This document shows positions 38,116 to 46,220 of a DNA stretch of 64,000 nucleotides, piece by piece. Position 1 is the stretch's first letter. The number at the start of each line of letters is the position of its first letter. This stretch comes from a virus. The translations under genes were made by a program, and so were the position numbers. The DNA lies in IMG/VR virus record IMGVR_UViG_3300046504_000138, positions 6,638-70,637 of that record; one strand, 5' to 3'. The notes under the pieces were generated by a model, which worked only from the letters and a program-made list of their open reading frames with translations, did no database searches and was not told the DNA's origin.

Positions 38116-38313
38116 ATGGGATTAGACAAATTTTCCTCACTCGAAGAAATGGGTGAACAGAATGAAGCACCGGAAACTCCGGTGGCAGCAACCTCTCCTG
38201 AAGCAACTCCGGTTGCCGAAGCCGTAGTAACAGAACCCAAAACAGAAGAACCACCTGTAGCAAGTGGTAATTTTGTTTCGGAAGATAACTGTGAAACCAC
38301 TAAAACTGAATAA
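38116..38313 (+). CDS. Small acidic disordered protein
   Basis: E/P/A/T-rich ORF in operon. Confidence 0.55.
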   Translation: MGLDKFSSLEEMGEQNEAPETPVAATSPEATPVAEAVVTEPKTEEPPVASGNFVSEDNCETTKTE

Positions 38314-38315
38314 TC

Positions 38316-39230
38316 ATGGGATACAGTACATGGTCAGATGACGCATATTCACACTTAAGTAGTGGTTATGCAAGTAAAAGTGCTGCAACGATTTTCAGTA
38401 AATCTGCAGTAAGTGACATGCTTCCTATGAATTTAGGGATAAGGGAATCACGTGACAGTGACATACACCCTGAATCATTAGCAATAATGGTATTCCTTGA
38501 TGTAACAGGAAGTATGGGTAGAATTCCGGAAAGTATTATCAAAAATGAACTTGGTACTCTTATGAATACCATTATTGACAACGGTGTTCCAAACCCACAG
38601 GTTCTTTTTGGTGCAATCGGTGATCATCATTGCGATAGCACACCACTTCAACTCGGTCAGTTTGAGTCAGGTACAGAAGACCTTGACAAATGGCTGAAAA
38701 ATACCTATCTTGAAGGTGGTGGTGGCGGTCAGAACATGGAGTCATATTTATTGGCATGGCTTGTTGCAGGAAGGCATACTTCAATTGATTGCTTTGAAAA
38801 ACGCAATGAAAAAGGATTCCTTTTCACACTCGGTGATGAAAAAACATGGGGTGATGTAAATGCAAGCAGACTGAAAGACCTTTTGGGTTACACTCAGGCA
38901 GAAGATGTAACTGCTGAACAACTTCTTGAAGAAGCACAGAGACTTTATAACGTGTATCATATACATGTTAATGAAGGCAGTTACAGGGACGATCCGGATG
39001 TTATTGGTAATTGGAAGAAACTTCTCGGTGAAAGAGTTATTGTTTTGAATGATTATCATGCAATATGCGCAACAATAGCAACACTTATTGCTGTGCAGCA
39101 TGGTGCTGACATCAAAACAGTTACTGCCAAATTCACTGCAGCAATGGCAGGCGCAGTTACTACTGCATTATCAACTGTAAATGTTGGTGGAGTTGTATCA
39201 AAAAATGATGATGGAGTTATAAAACTCTAA
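38316..39230 (+). CDS. von Willebrand factor A (vWA) domain protein
   Basis: MIDAS DVTGSM, IGD, EGGGGG..ESY and GDE motifs. Confidence 0.85.
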   Translation: MGYSTWSDDAYSHLSSGYASKSAATIFSKSAVSDMLPMNLGIRESRDSDIHPESLAIMVFLDVTGSMGRIPESIIKNELGTLMNTIIDNGVPNPQVLFGAIGDHHCDSTPLQLGQFESGTEDLDKWLKNTYLEGGGGGQNMESYLLAWLVAGRHTSIDCFEKRNEKGFLFTLGDEKTWGDVNASRLKDLLGYTQAEDVTAEQLLEEAQRLYNVYHIHVNEGSYRDDPDVIGNWKKLLGERVIVLNDYHAICATIATLIAVQHGADIKTVTAKFTAAMAGAVTTALSTVNVGGVVSKNDDGVIKL

Positions 39231-39248
39231 AAACATGCGAACGGTTAT

Positions 39249-39280
39249 AAGGGACATGTGTAAAAATATGTCCCTTTTTT
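39249..39280 (+). terminator. Intrinsic terminator
   Basis: AAGGGACATGT/ATATGTCCCTT stem plus T-run. Confidence 0.75.
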
Positions 39281-39310
39281 TGTAACATTATGAATTACTT
39301 TACGTATAAT
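39281..39310 (+). promoter_or_regulatory. ECF-like promoter TGTAAC-N16-CGTATAAT
   Basis: Exact motif upstream of the PurA-like gene. Confidence 0.8.
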
Positions 39311-39327
39311 TAGAAAATAATACTCTA

Positions 39328-40467
39328 ATGAAGATAAAAATTGTATTGGGGTTAGGCTTCGGGGATGAAGGTAAAGGCGCAACAGTCAATGCTTTATGTA
39401 CTGATCCTAAAAATACTGTAGTTGTTAGGCATAATTCGGGTCATCAAGTTGGACACACTGTTGTTCATAATAATATCCGGCATCCATTTTCGAACTTTGG
39501 TTCAGGTACACTCAAAGGTGTTCCTACATACTTTTCAGAATACTGTACTGTTAATCCATTGGCGGTGAAAAAAGAAGGCGATGTTCTTCGTGCACAAGGA
39601 ATTTATCCCGTTGTATATTATAATGCCAATGCTATGGTGACTACACCATATGATATTTATAGGAATACAAATGATGGCAATAATGTTTTACATGGCACTG
39701 TTGGTGTTGGTTTTGGCGCAACAATTCAACGTAATGAGGACATGTATCACCTGTACATCAGAGACCTTCAATATCCGAAAATTAGAGACATGAAATTGAT
39801 TGCTATTCAGCAATACGTTTGCCGTGAAACCAATGATTATGCCATTGTTGGAAACAAACATTATGATCAAATCATTGAAAAATTCAAATTGTCGTGTGAT
39901 GAACTTGTTCAGAAGTACTCAATTATTGATAATTTCGGTTACATTCGTGTACATGATCCTGATTTGATTTTTGAAGGTGGTCAGGGTATTATGCTTGACA
40001 TGGATTATGGTTTCTATCCAAATGTAACACGAAGCAATACCACAAGCAAGAATGCAATGGAAATTATTGAGAAGAATGGTCTTGGCAGTCATATGATCGA
40101 AACATATTATGTCACACGTGCATATCAAACCAGGCACGGCAATGGACCGATGACTAACGATGATTTGGATATTTCATATATCAAACCTAATCCTCTTGAA
40201 ACAAATGTTGATACAGGCGCACAAGGCATTTTCAGAAAATCTGTATTGGACATGGATTTACTAAAATATGCATTGAATTGTGATAAGTATCACAATAAAA
40301 GTTTGGGAAAATTTTTGGTAGTTACCTGCATGGATCAAGTTGGGGAAAGAGTACCTGTTACTGATTTCGAAGGTAAACTTTTGAGTCTCATGCCAAAAGA
40401 AATCGGCAATTGGCTGAGTATATTTAATGTTTATACATCAAATTCTGATCAAGGAATTGTTTTTTAA
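39328..40467 (+). CDS. Adenylosuccinate-synthetase-like protein (divergent PurA family)
   Basis: GDEGKG, GHTV, FEGGQG..LD...G.YP.VT.S and TRHGNGP motifs. Confidence 0.85.
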   Translation: MKIKIVLGLGFGDEGKGATVNALCTDPKNTVVVRHNSGHQVGHTVVHNNIRHPFSNFGSGTLKGVPTYFSEYCTVNPLAVKKEGDVLRAQGIYPVVYYNANAMVTTPYDIYRNTNDGNNVLHGTVGVGFGATIQRNEDMYHLYIRDLQYPKIRDMKLIAIQQYVCRETNDYAIVGNKHYDQIIEKFKLSCDELVQKYSIIDNFGYIRVHDPDLIFEGGQGIMLDMDYGFYPNVTRSNTTSKNAMEIIEKNGLGSHMIETYYVTRAYQTRHGNGPMTNDDLDISYIKPNPLETNVDTGAQGIFRKSVLDMDLLKYALNCDKYHNKSLGKFLVVTCMDQVGERVPVTDFEGKLLSLMPKEIGNWLSIFNVYTSNSDQGIVF

Positions 40468-40490
40468 TAAATATTGTATATATTTGCATT

Positions 40491-41285
40491 ATGAAATTCT
40501 TAATTCAAAAGATCAACGGTGAGATCAGGCATGATTTTGCATTCACACTCTTAGAATCCATAAGATTTAAGAATTGGTTATCACGTAATGATAAAAAAGA
40601 TAAAATCAAAGTAAAATTCATCGAATATAGTGACGAAATACCTGAACCTTCGGATATTTATCCAATGCCATTTAAACCAATGCACAAGGATTACGTGCCA
40701 ATTGGCAGTGTTGAATTTGTCAGTGATTTTCTAATGCATTTTCATAATCTCAAACCTGAACCAATAAATGTTCCGGAAGAACTTTTCGGGTTTGCAAAAA
40801 GATATATATTTAATGATAGTCATTTAGGCTTGGAGAATCAAGCAGGAAAATTCTTTGTAAAGAGTAATGACAAAATCAAAGGCTTTGCTGAACTTGTAGA
40901 ATGTTTTGATAATGGCAATCAGGGAACAAAATACTCAATTCCAATACCTGTGGGAGCATATCAATTTTCAGAATATATCAGAGGCATTGAAAGTGAATGG
41001 AGAGTCTTCGTATATGAAGATAAAATGGTTGGATTACAGAATTATACTGGTGATTTTACTGTATTTCCAAATATTAATAGAATCAAACAAATAATCAATG
41101 CATTCGAAGTAAGTGGTAGTGCCCCGATAGCATATACACTTGATGTAGGTGTGACAGATCACGATACAATTATTATCGAAGTGCATGATTTTTTCAGTTG
41201 CGGACTCTATGGATTTGCAAATCACGGAGTATTACCGCATATGTTTTATAGATGGTTTGAAGAATATTTATTCATAAATTTCTAA
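40491..41285 (+). CDS. ATP-grasp (R2K/DUF4343-like) protein
   Basis: PIGSVEFV, FFVK....K, SEWRVFV, YTLDVG, IIEVHD and GLYG motifs. Confidence 0.75.
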   Translation: MKFLIQKINGEIRHDFAFTLLESIRFKNWLSRNDKKDKIKVKFIEYSDEIPEPSDIYPMPFKPMHKDYVPIGSVEFVSDFLMHFHNLKPEPINVPEELFGFAKRYIFNDSHLGLENQAGKFFVKSNDKIKGFAELVECFDNGNQGTKYSIPIPVGAYQFSEYIRGIESEWRVFVYEDKMVGLQNYTGDFTVFPNINRIKQIINAFEVSGSAPIAYTLDVGVTDHDTIIIEVHDFFSCGLYGFANHGVLPHMFYRWFEEYLFINF

Positions 41286-41287
41286 AT

Positions 41288-41668
41288 ATGAAAATGAGTA
41301 GTATTATAATAAATGGTAAGTCATACATTGGAAGCCAAGTCAGTGTCAGTGGTAATAAGATTACAATAAATGGCACTGATGTTACTCCGGATACCAAGAT
41401 AGTTAATATCACAATTGAAGGTGATGTTGATTATGTGACTGCTGATTACTGTGAAAAAATCATAGTAAATGGTAATGTAAAAACAGTGTGTACTACAAGT
41501 GGTGACATCGAATGCAAAGATGTTGCAGGTGATGTTAAACTCACAAGTGGTGATGTTCAATGTGGTAATGTTGGTGGTAGTGTACAGACCGTAAGTGGTG
41601 ATGTTAAAGCCGAAAACATCAATGGTAGTGTAAAAACTCTCTCAGGAGACATTAAATATAAAAAATAA
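41288..41668 (+). CDS. Beta-repeat hypothetical protein
   Basis: Repeated G.V.T.SGD(I/V) units. Confidence 0.7.
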   Translation: MKMSSIIINGKSYIGSQVSVSGNKITINGTDVTPDTKIVNITIEGDVDYVTADYCEKIIVNGNVKTVCTTSGDIECKDVAGDVKLTSGDVQCGNVGGSVQTVSGDVKAENINGSVKTLSGDIKYKK

Positions 41669-41669
41669 T

Positions 41670-43025
41670 ATGGGAAACAGTACTTGGTCAGACGAAAGGT
41701 TTATTGCAAACCGAAAATACAAAGCATTGTGTGTAATTATGACACCTAATGGTATTGTAAAAGAAGGAACAGTGTTAACAACAGAAGAATGGAAAGAGGT
41801 CTTAGTATTTGGCATAGGACATGATTTTGACGGCATGTTCGAATTAGTTGATGAAACAAACAAAAATAATAATATGAAAGAATTTCCAAAACTCTTCAAA
41901 AAAACAACAACAGGTGCTATTCAGGAATGGACAGTCAGTGTTGATGAAATTAATGGTATTCCTACCATAATCAATAGATTTGGTCAGGTTGGCGGTAAAA
42001 TTCAATACAGTCATGAACAAGTTCTATCAGGCAAAAACACTGGCAGGGCAAATGCAACTACTGCAATGGAACAGGCAGAAGCACAAGCCAAAAGCCGTTG
42101 GGAAAAACAACTCAAAAAGGGATACGTTCAGAATATCGAAGATGCACAGGCAGGTGTTGTTGATGCCATTATTGAAGGCGGTATTGCTCCAATGCTTGCG
42201 CATAAATTCTCAGAACAAGGGCATAAGATAAAATATCCGGCACTTGCACAGCCGAAACTTGATGGACACCGTTGTACTTCACAGAACATGACATCATTAC
42301 TTCATCACATTTCAGAGAACGGTAATGAAATTACTCTTTGGAGCAGAACACGTAAGCCTATTACAAGTTGTCCACATATAATTGAGGCACTGAAATATAT
42401 TTCAATTCCCAGACTTGATGGCGAACTTTATAATCATGACTATCATAATAACTTTGAAGAACTCAGTTCATTAATACGTCAGGAAGAGCCAAAAGAAGGA
42501 TATGAAAAGATTCAATATCATGTTTATGATATGCCAAGTTCCAATATGACCAATATTGAACGTAACGAAATTCTACAGTCATTTAAAAAGGGTTTTGAAG
42601 GTACGCCAATTCATATTGTTGAAACTATTGTGGTTAATGATGAAGACGAACTCATGGTGGCTTTCGAACATTTTCTTGCAGAAGGTTATGAAGGTTGCAT
42701 GGTCAGGAATGCAGATGGCATATATGTCAATAAACGTTCATATGACCTGCAGAAAATCAAAGAATTTGACGACAGTGAGTTTAAAATTATTGGAATTAAA
42801 GTCGGAACTAAAGGTTCAATGGCAGGTAAAGCAGTATTCACCTGTGATATTCCCAATGTAGGAACTTTTGATGTTAAATTGAAAGGCAATATGGATGATC
42901 TGAAAACATATGCTGATGACCCAAGTTTGGTTATTGGTAAAATTCTCACGGTCAAATATCAAGGATTTACCAAGTATGGTTTTCCAAGATTTCCTGTTGG
43001 ATTGCGTTTCAGAGAAGATTTATAA
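41670..43025 (+). CDS. ATP-dependent DNA ligase with N-terminal extension
   Basis: QPKLDG.RC, LDGELY, YHVYD, EG.MVR, K.K and PRFP motifs; an internal start near MKEFPKL is possible. Confidence 0.9.
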   Translation: MGNSTWSDERFIANRKYKALCVIMTPNGIVKEGTVLTTEEWKEVLVFGIGHDFDGMFELVDETNKNNNMKEFPKLFKKTTTGAIQEWTVSVDEINGIPTIINRFGQVGGKIQYSHEQVLSGKNTGRANATTAMEQAEAQAKSRWEKQLKKGYVQNIEDAQAGVVDAIIEGGIAPMLAHKFSEQGHKIKYPALAQPKLDGHRCTSQNMTSLLHHISENGNEITLWSRTRKPITSCPHIIEALKYISIPRLDGELYNHDYHNNFEELSSLIRQEEPKEGYEKIQYHVYDMPSSNMTNIERNEILQSFKKGFEGTPIHIVETIVVNDEDELMVAFEHFLAEGYEGCMVRNADGIYVNKRSYDLQKIKEFDDSEFKIIGIKVGTKGSMAGKAVFTCDIPNVGTFDVKLKGNMDDLKTYADDPSLVIGKILTVKYQGFTKYGFPRFPVGLRFREDL

Positions 43026-43026
43026 T

Positions 43027-43200
43027 ATGGCACAAAAGAAGAGAATTCAATATCAAGAAACCTATAAAAAGGGTGTGGTTGCCGAAAAAGAGCAAATGCT
43101 TAAACTCATTAACATGCCAGAAACAATAGTTTATGCTGTTAAGGCAGGCAAATACGATGATGGCAAAGAATTTATTACAATAACAATTGATAATGTATAA
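43027..43200 (+). CDS. Small hypothetical protein
   Basis: ATG just after the ligase stop. Confidence 0.55.
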   Translation: MAQKKRIQYQETYKKGVVAEKEQMLKLINMPETIVYAVKAGKYDDGKEFITITIDNV

Positions 43201-43423
43201 AGGTATGGTACGATTTTTAGAAGAAAACGGTTTTCCAATGACGTTGATCTTGGACACTGATTTTAATTACGAAGACCCTCAAAATGATTTTAAGGGTCAT
43301 TACACAAAAGTCACAGATGCTGCAGGTAATATTGTTGGCGAATTTGCACACAAGGATTTACGTGGAAGAATTCATTGGGTGAATGGTTTCTTTACTGCTT
43401 TAAAGTTAAGAAATGGAATATAA
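43187..43423 (+). CDS. Hypothetical protein
   Basis: ORF in operon. Confidence 0.6.
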   Translation: MIMYKGMVRFLEENGFPMTLILDTDFNYEDPQNDFKGHYTKVTDAAGNIVGEFAHKDLRGRIHWVNGFFTALKLRNGI

Positions 43424-43713
43424 TGGTACTTAAAGGCACATACACACTCAGTTATTATAGTGAAAAGATACTTCACGATCTGATCATTGTTGTTGAACTC
43501 CGGATGATTGAAGGCTTAATGAAGCCAGGACAGAACGTTTGGGAAGGTTTTGCCACATTGAACGGTCAACCATATGAGGAAGAAGATTTAAGTCATTGTG
43601 TTAATGCTTTACTTACCGTACAACGAATTGGTTTAGAACGCAAAAGAATTTTGAAAGACAACTGTAAATTAAATAAGATGACCTTTAAAGTAAAAAAGGA
43701 GACAATAAAATGA
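43423..43713 (+). CDS. Hypothetical protein
   Basis: TAATG coupling with the upstream gene. Confidence 0.6.
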   Translation: MVLKGTYTLSYYSEKILHDLIIVVELRMIEGLMKPGQNVWEGFATLNGQPYEEEDLSHCVNALLTVQRIGLERKRILKDNCKLNKMTFKVKKETIK

Positions 43714-44042
43714 CAACAGATGAATTAAACACTGCATTAACAATGGAGATAATTCATTATAAAGAAACCGATGAATTAACTCCTGATCTGAAAAGATTAC
43801 TCATGGAACTAATTTGGTTAGAAACGCCAAAAGCAAGATATAAATTCTTGAGTGATAATATAAAAATATTGTGTGAAGCAGATGCATATGTTGCTGCATG
43901 TAAACACTCTATACATTTCGATCCTAAAAAGTCTGATAAACCAAATCTATATATGGGTCAAATTATATGGTGCTCATATTGTAGTACAATAAAAAAGCAT
44001 GCAGGAGAATTAGGTTTAAAAACAACAAGAGAAAGAGTATGA
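43710..44042 (+). CDS. Divergent T4 gp55 (late sigma)-like protein
   Basis: HFDPKKSDKPNLYMGQIIW resembles the gp55-family FDP.KS.NPF.Y.TQI motif. Confidence 0.5.
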   Translation: MTTDELNTALTMEIIHYKETDELTPDLKRLLMELIWLETPKARYKFLSDNIKILCEADAYVAACKHSIHFDPKKSDKPNLYMGQIIWCSYCSTIKKHAGELGLKTTRERV

Positions 44043-44296
44043 AACCAAGAGAATTTCTTAAAATAATGATGGAATATGTCGATGAAGACAGACGTTGGAG
44101 AGCATTAAGTGTTGGCGATATTATTTATGATGCACAAGCACGTTGGGGAGATACTGATTATCATAAAATGATAATTGATGAAATTAATCTTGAAGAACGA
44201 GAAGTTATTGCACATGATGCAAGTCCTGTTGTAAATTTTCATAATGCAAAACTAAGTGGTTTTTTAACTGAAAAAGAATTTAACAAACTAAAATAA
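44039..44296 (+). CDS. Hypothetical protein
   Basis: ORF in operon. Confidence 0.6.
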   Translation: MKPREFLKIMMEYVDEDRRWRALSVGDIIYDAQARWGDTDYHKMIIDEINLEEREVIAHDASPVVNFHNAKLSGFLTEKEFNKLK

Positions 44297-44637
44297 TGAA
44301 ATTCTATAGATACGAAACAGTTCAATATGCAGTTATTGGTGATGATGGTGAATATACTGATTCACATCTTCCCAATCCAAAATTGGAAGTAAGAGAATAT
44401 GATCTGCTTAAGGAAACGCCAAAAGGATATTGGATTGGTTATGGTAGTATGGGTTATAGTCATTATAATTGGAAGAAATGGGTAAGTAAAACTTGCAAAA
44501 AAAGATTTGCATATCCCACAAAGGAAGAAGCATTAATAAATTTTATTAAACGAACAGAAAAGAGAATTGGAATTTTGGATAGCCAGTTAATGGCATGTAA
44601 AATAAGTTTGAATTTAGCAAAAAACCTGAAAATATGA
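44296..44637 (+). CDS. Hypothetical phage protein
   Basis: KETPKGYWI...KKWV...KRFAYPTKEEAL..F..R motif common in phage ORFs. Confidence 0.7.
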   Translation: MKFYRYETVQYAVIGDDGEYTDSHLPNPKLEVREYDLLKETPKGYWIGYGSMGYSHYNWKKWVSKTCKKRFAYPTKEEALINFIKRTEKRIGILDSQLMACKISLNLAKNLKI

Positions 44638-45023
44638 AATTCAAAACATTAAAAAGAGTTAGTCCTATTGATAGTAAATTTGATGAATATGCATCAATAG
44701 GAGAAGAGGGTGAAATGTATACTCATGAGCATCCAAAATGGCTTGGTAATGAAGCAACAATTGAAGGTCTAAAAAATCTTTGTGATGATGAAGATATTGA
44801 TATTGATTGGAAGAATTATAAGATTGTCGAAATCGAATATTTTGAAGGCAATGTTAGTGCAGATATCCGTAATAAACTTACTCCTGCCTTTAATTTAATT
44901 GCATTGCTCAATTTATATTTTAAAGAAGAAGATCAACAAAAAAGATACTTATTAAAACGTGTCATTAAAAAAGAAATGGCACGAAGTAAAAAAAATATAA
45001 AATATATTGACAACTTGTTGTAA
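44634..45023 (+). CDS. Hypothetical protein
   Basis: ORF in operon. Confidence 0.6.
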   Translation: MKFKTLKRVSPIDSKFDEYASIGEEGEMYTHEHPKWLGNEATIEGLKNLCDDEDIDIDWKNYKIVEIEYFEGNVSADIRNKLTPAFNLIALLNLYFKEEDQQKRYLLKRVIKKEMARSKKNIKYIDNLL

Positions 45024-45048
45024 CATTACAGTATCTTTGTCGTATAAT
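45019..45048 (+). promoter_or_regulatory. ECF-like promoter TGTAAC-N16-CGTATAAT
   Basis: Exact motif. Confidence 0.8.
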
Positions 45049-45104
45049 GTAATCGTATAACATGATCGTATGAAAATTTATTATTAACTAAAATTTGATA
45101 AAGT

Positions 45105-45674
45105 ATGAAAACAGGAACATTAATTGGTGCAGGTGTATTTGCACTTATCGTAGTAGGATTTCTCTTTTGGGCAATTGGTTTATCAAACACCGAAAAGAAA
45201 CTCTACCTGACAGGTAAAGCAGCACAAAATCAGACTCAGGTAATCTTTGACAATACTTGGAAAACAATTCGTGATCAGGCTAATGTCACGGATAACTACA
45301 AGGATGATTTCAAAGAAATTTACATCGGTATGATGGAAGGTCGTTACAAAAACGATGCAGTTGCAGGTCAGCAATCTCTGATGAAATGGGTACAGGAAAG
45401 TAATCCGACTTTGGATGCAAGTATCTATAAGACTTTAATGAATACTATTGAAGGTTCACGTAAAGAATTTACATTTCAACAGGAAAAACTTATTGACATT
45501 GATCGTCAGCATAAATCCCTGAGAGCAACTTTCCCGAACACTTTGATCATCGGTGGTCGTCCGGACTTGGAAATTAAATTAGTAACAAGTGCTAAGACCG
45601 AAGAAGCCTTTAAGACTGGTCAGGATAACGACAATCTAATAAAAAGAGAGCCGAAACCTGCAGTAACAAAATAA
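45105..45674 (+). CDS. LemA-like membrane-anchored protein
   Basis: N-terminal TM and helical body with GRY, W.QE.NP, Y..L...IE..R..F and FP motifs. Confidence 0.6.
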   Translation: MKTGTLIGAGVFALIVVGFLFWAIGLSNTEKKLYLTGKAAQNQTQVIFDNTWKTIRDQANVTDNYKDDFKEIYIGMMEGRYKNDAVAGQQSLMKWVQESNPTLDASIYKTLMNTIEGSRKEFTFQQEKLIDIDRQHKSLRATFPNTLIIGGRPDLEIKLVTSAKTEEAFKTGQDNDNLIKREPKPAVTK

Positions 45675-45678
45675 AAAA

Positions 45679-45688
45679 GTTCTTTGAA
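45679..45688 (+). promoter_or_regulatory. boxA-like antitermination site
   Basis: GTTCTTTGAA directly upstream of the structured RNAs. Confidence 0.45.
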
Positions 45689-45694
45689 GATAAA

Positions 45695-45914
45695 GTCTTT
45701 CTGCTGAAAGCAAACAGTGCAGTATGTTCATAGCCTTCAAAAATGGTGGCGATCCGCAAGGATTGGGTTAAGTCCACCTTCTATTCAAAATGCATAGTCG
45801 TGCCAAGAGGACGTTGTTTGTAATAAGATGGCAAGAAAAATACTGGGACGATGTTGATAGACTGAAACGACTGCAACTACGTGCCATTCTGCTTGGAAAA
45901 ACAGACAGAAAGAC
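45695..45914 (+). ncRNA. Unassigned ~220-nt structured RNA
   Basis: Closing stem GTCTTTCTG/CAGAAAGAC; nested TGCAGT/ACTGCA, GGTGG/CCACC, CGATCC-GCAA-GGATTG, TAGTC/GACTG; possible pseudoknot ATGGCA/TGCCAT. Confidence 0.7.
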
Positions 45915-45919
45915 CCCAC

Positions 45920-46080
45920 GATTGGATGACGGAATTGGTAGACGTATACTTGTTGGTTTTAAGGTTAAAATATGTCTTTAAAGCATAGGGTAGTTCCACG
46001 CATTGGGGATTAGTGCACACGAGTCCTTCTGCAATTCAAAAAACATACCCACCATGCAGGTTCGAATCCTGCTCCAATCA
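45920..46080 (+). tRNA. tRNA-like RNA (Leu-type D-arm) with ~110-nt insert in place of anticodon/variable arms
   Basis: Acceptor GATTGGA/TCCAATC+A; D-arm ACGGAATTGGTAGACGT; T-arm GCAGG-TTCGAAT-CCTGC; no encoded CCA. Confidence 0.75.
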
Positions 46081-46176
46081 CGAGTACTAACACGATGGCT
46101 GAGTGTTCAACTGACGGATAACATGCCAAAAAGGAAGCACCGTTACAAAGGAAAGTTGGCGACTAAACCTAACTTT

Positions 46177-46205
46177 GCAAGTTTGATAAATGAAACTTGT
46201 TTTTA
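46177..46205 (+). terminator. Terminator-like hairpin closing the RNA cassette
   Basis: CAAGTTT/AAACTTG stem plus T-run. Confidence 0.5.
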
Positions 46206-46220
46206 TTTAAATTATTAATT

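Noticed and set aside
39328-40467. PurZ / 2-aminoadenine (Z-genome) pathway
   Set aside because: The catalytic Asp of GDEGKG is retained (PurZ has Ser there), and no adjacent dATPase/MazZ-like pair is recognisable
45920-46080. tmRNA or group I intron-containing tRNA
   Set aside because: It has a full D-stem, lacks the Ala G3-U70 pair, and the ~110-nt insert is too short with no recognisable catalytic core
45790-46218. ORF-track entries 45790-45981 and 46003-46218
   Set aside because: They overlap the structured RNAs and have atypical composition; likely spurious
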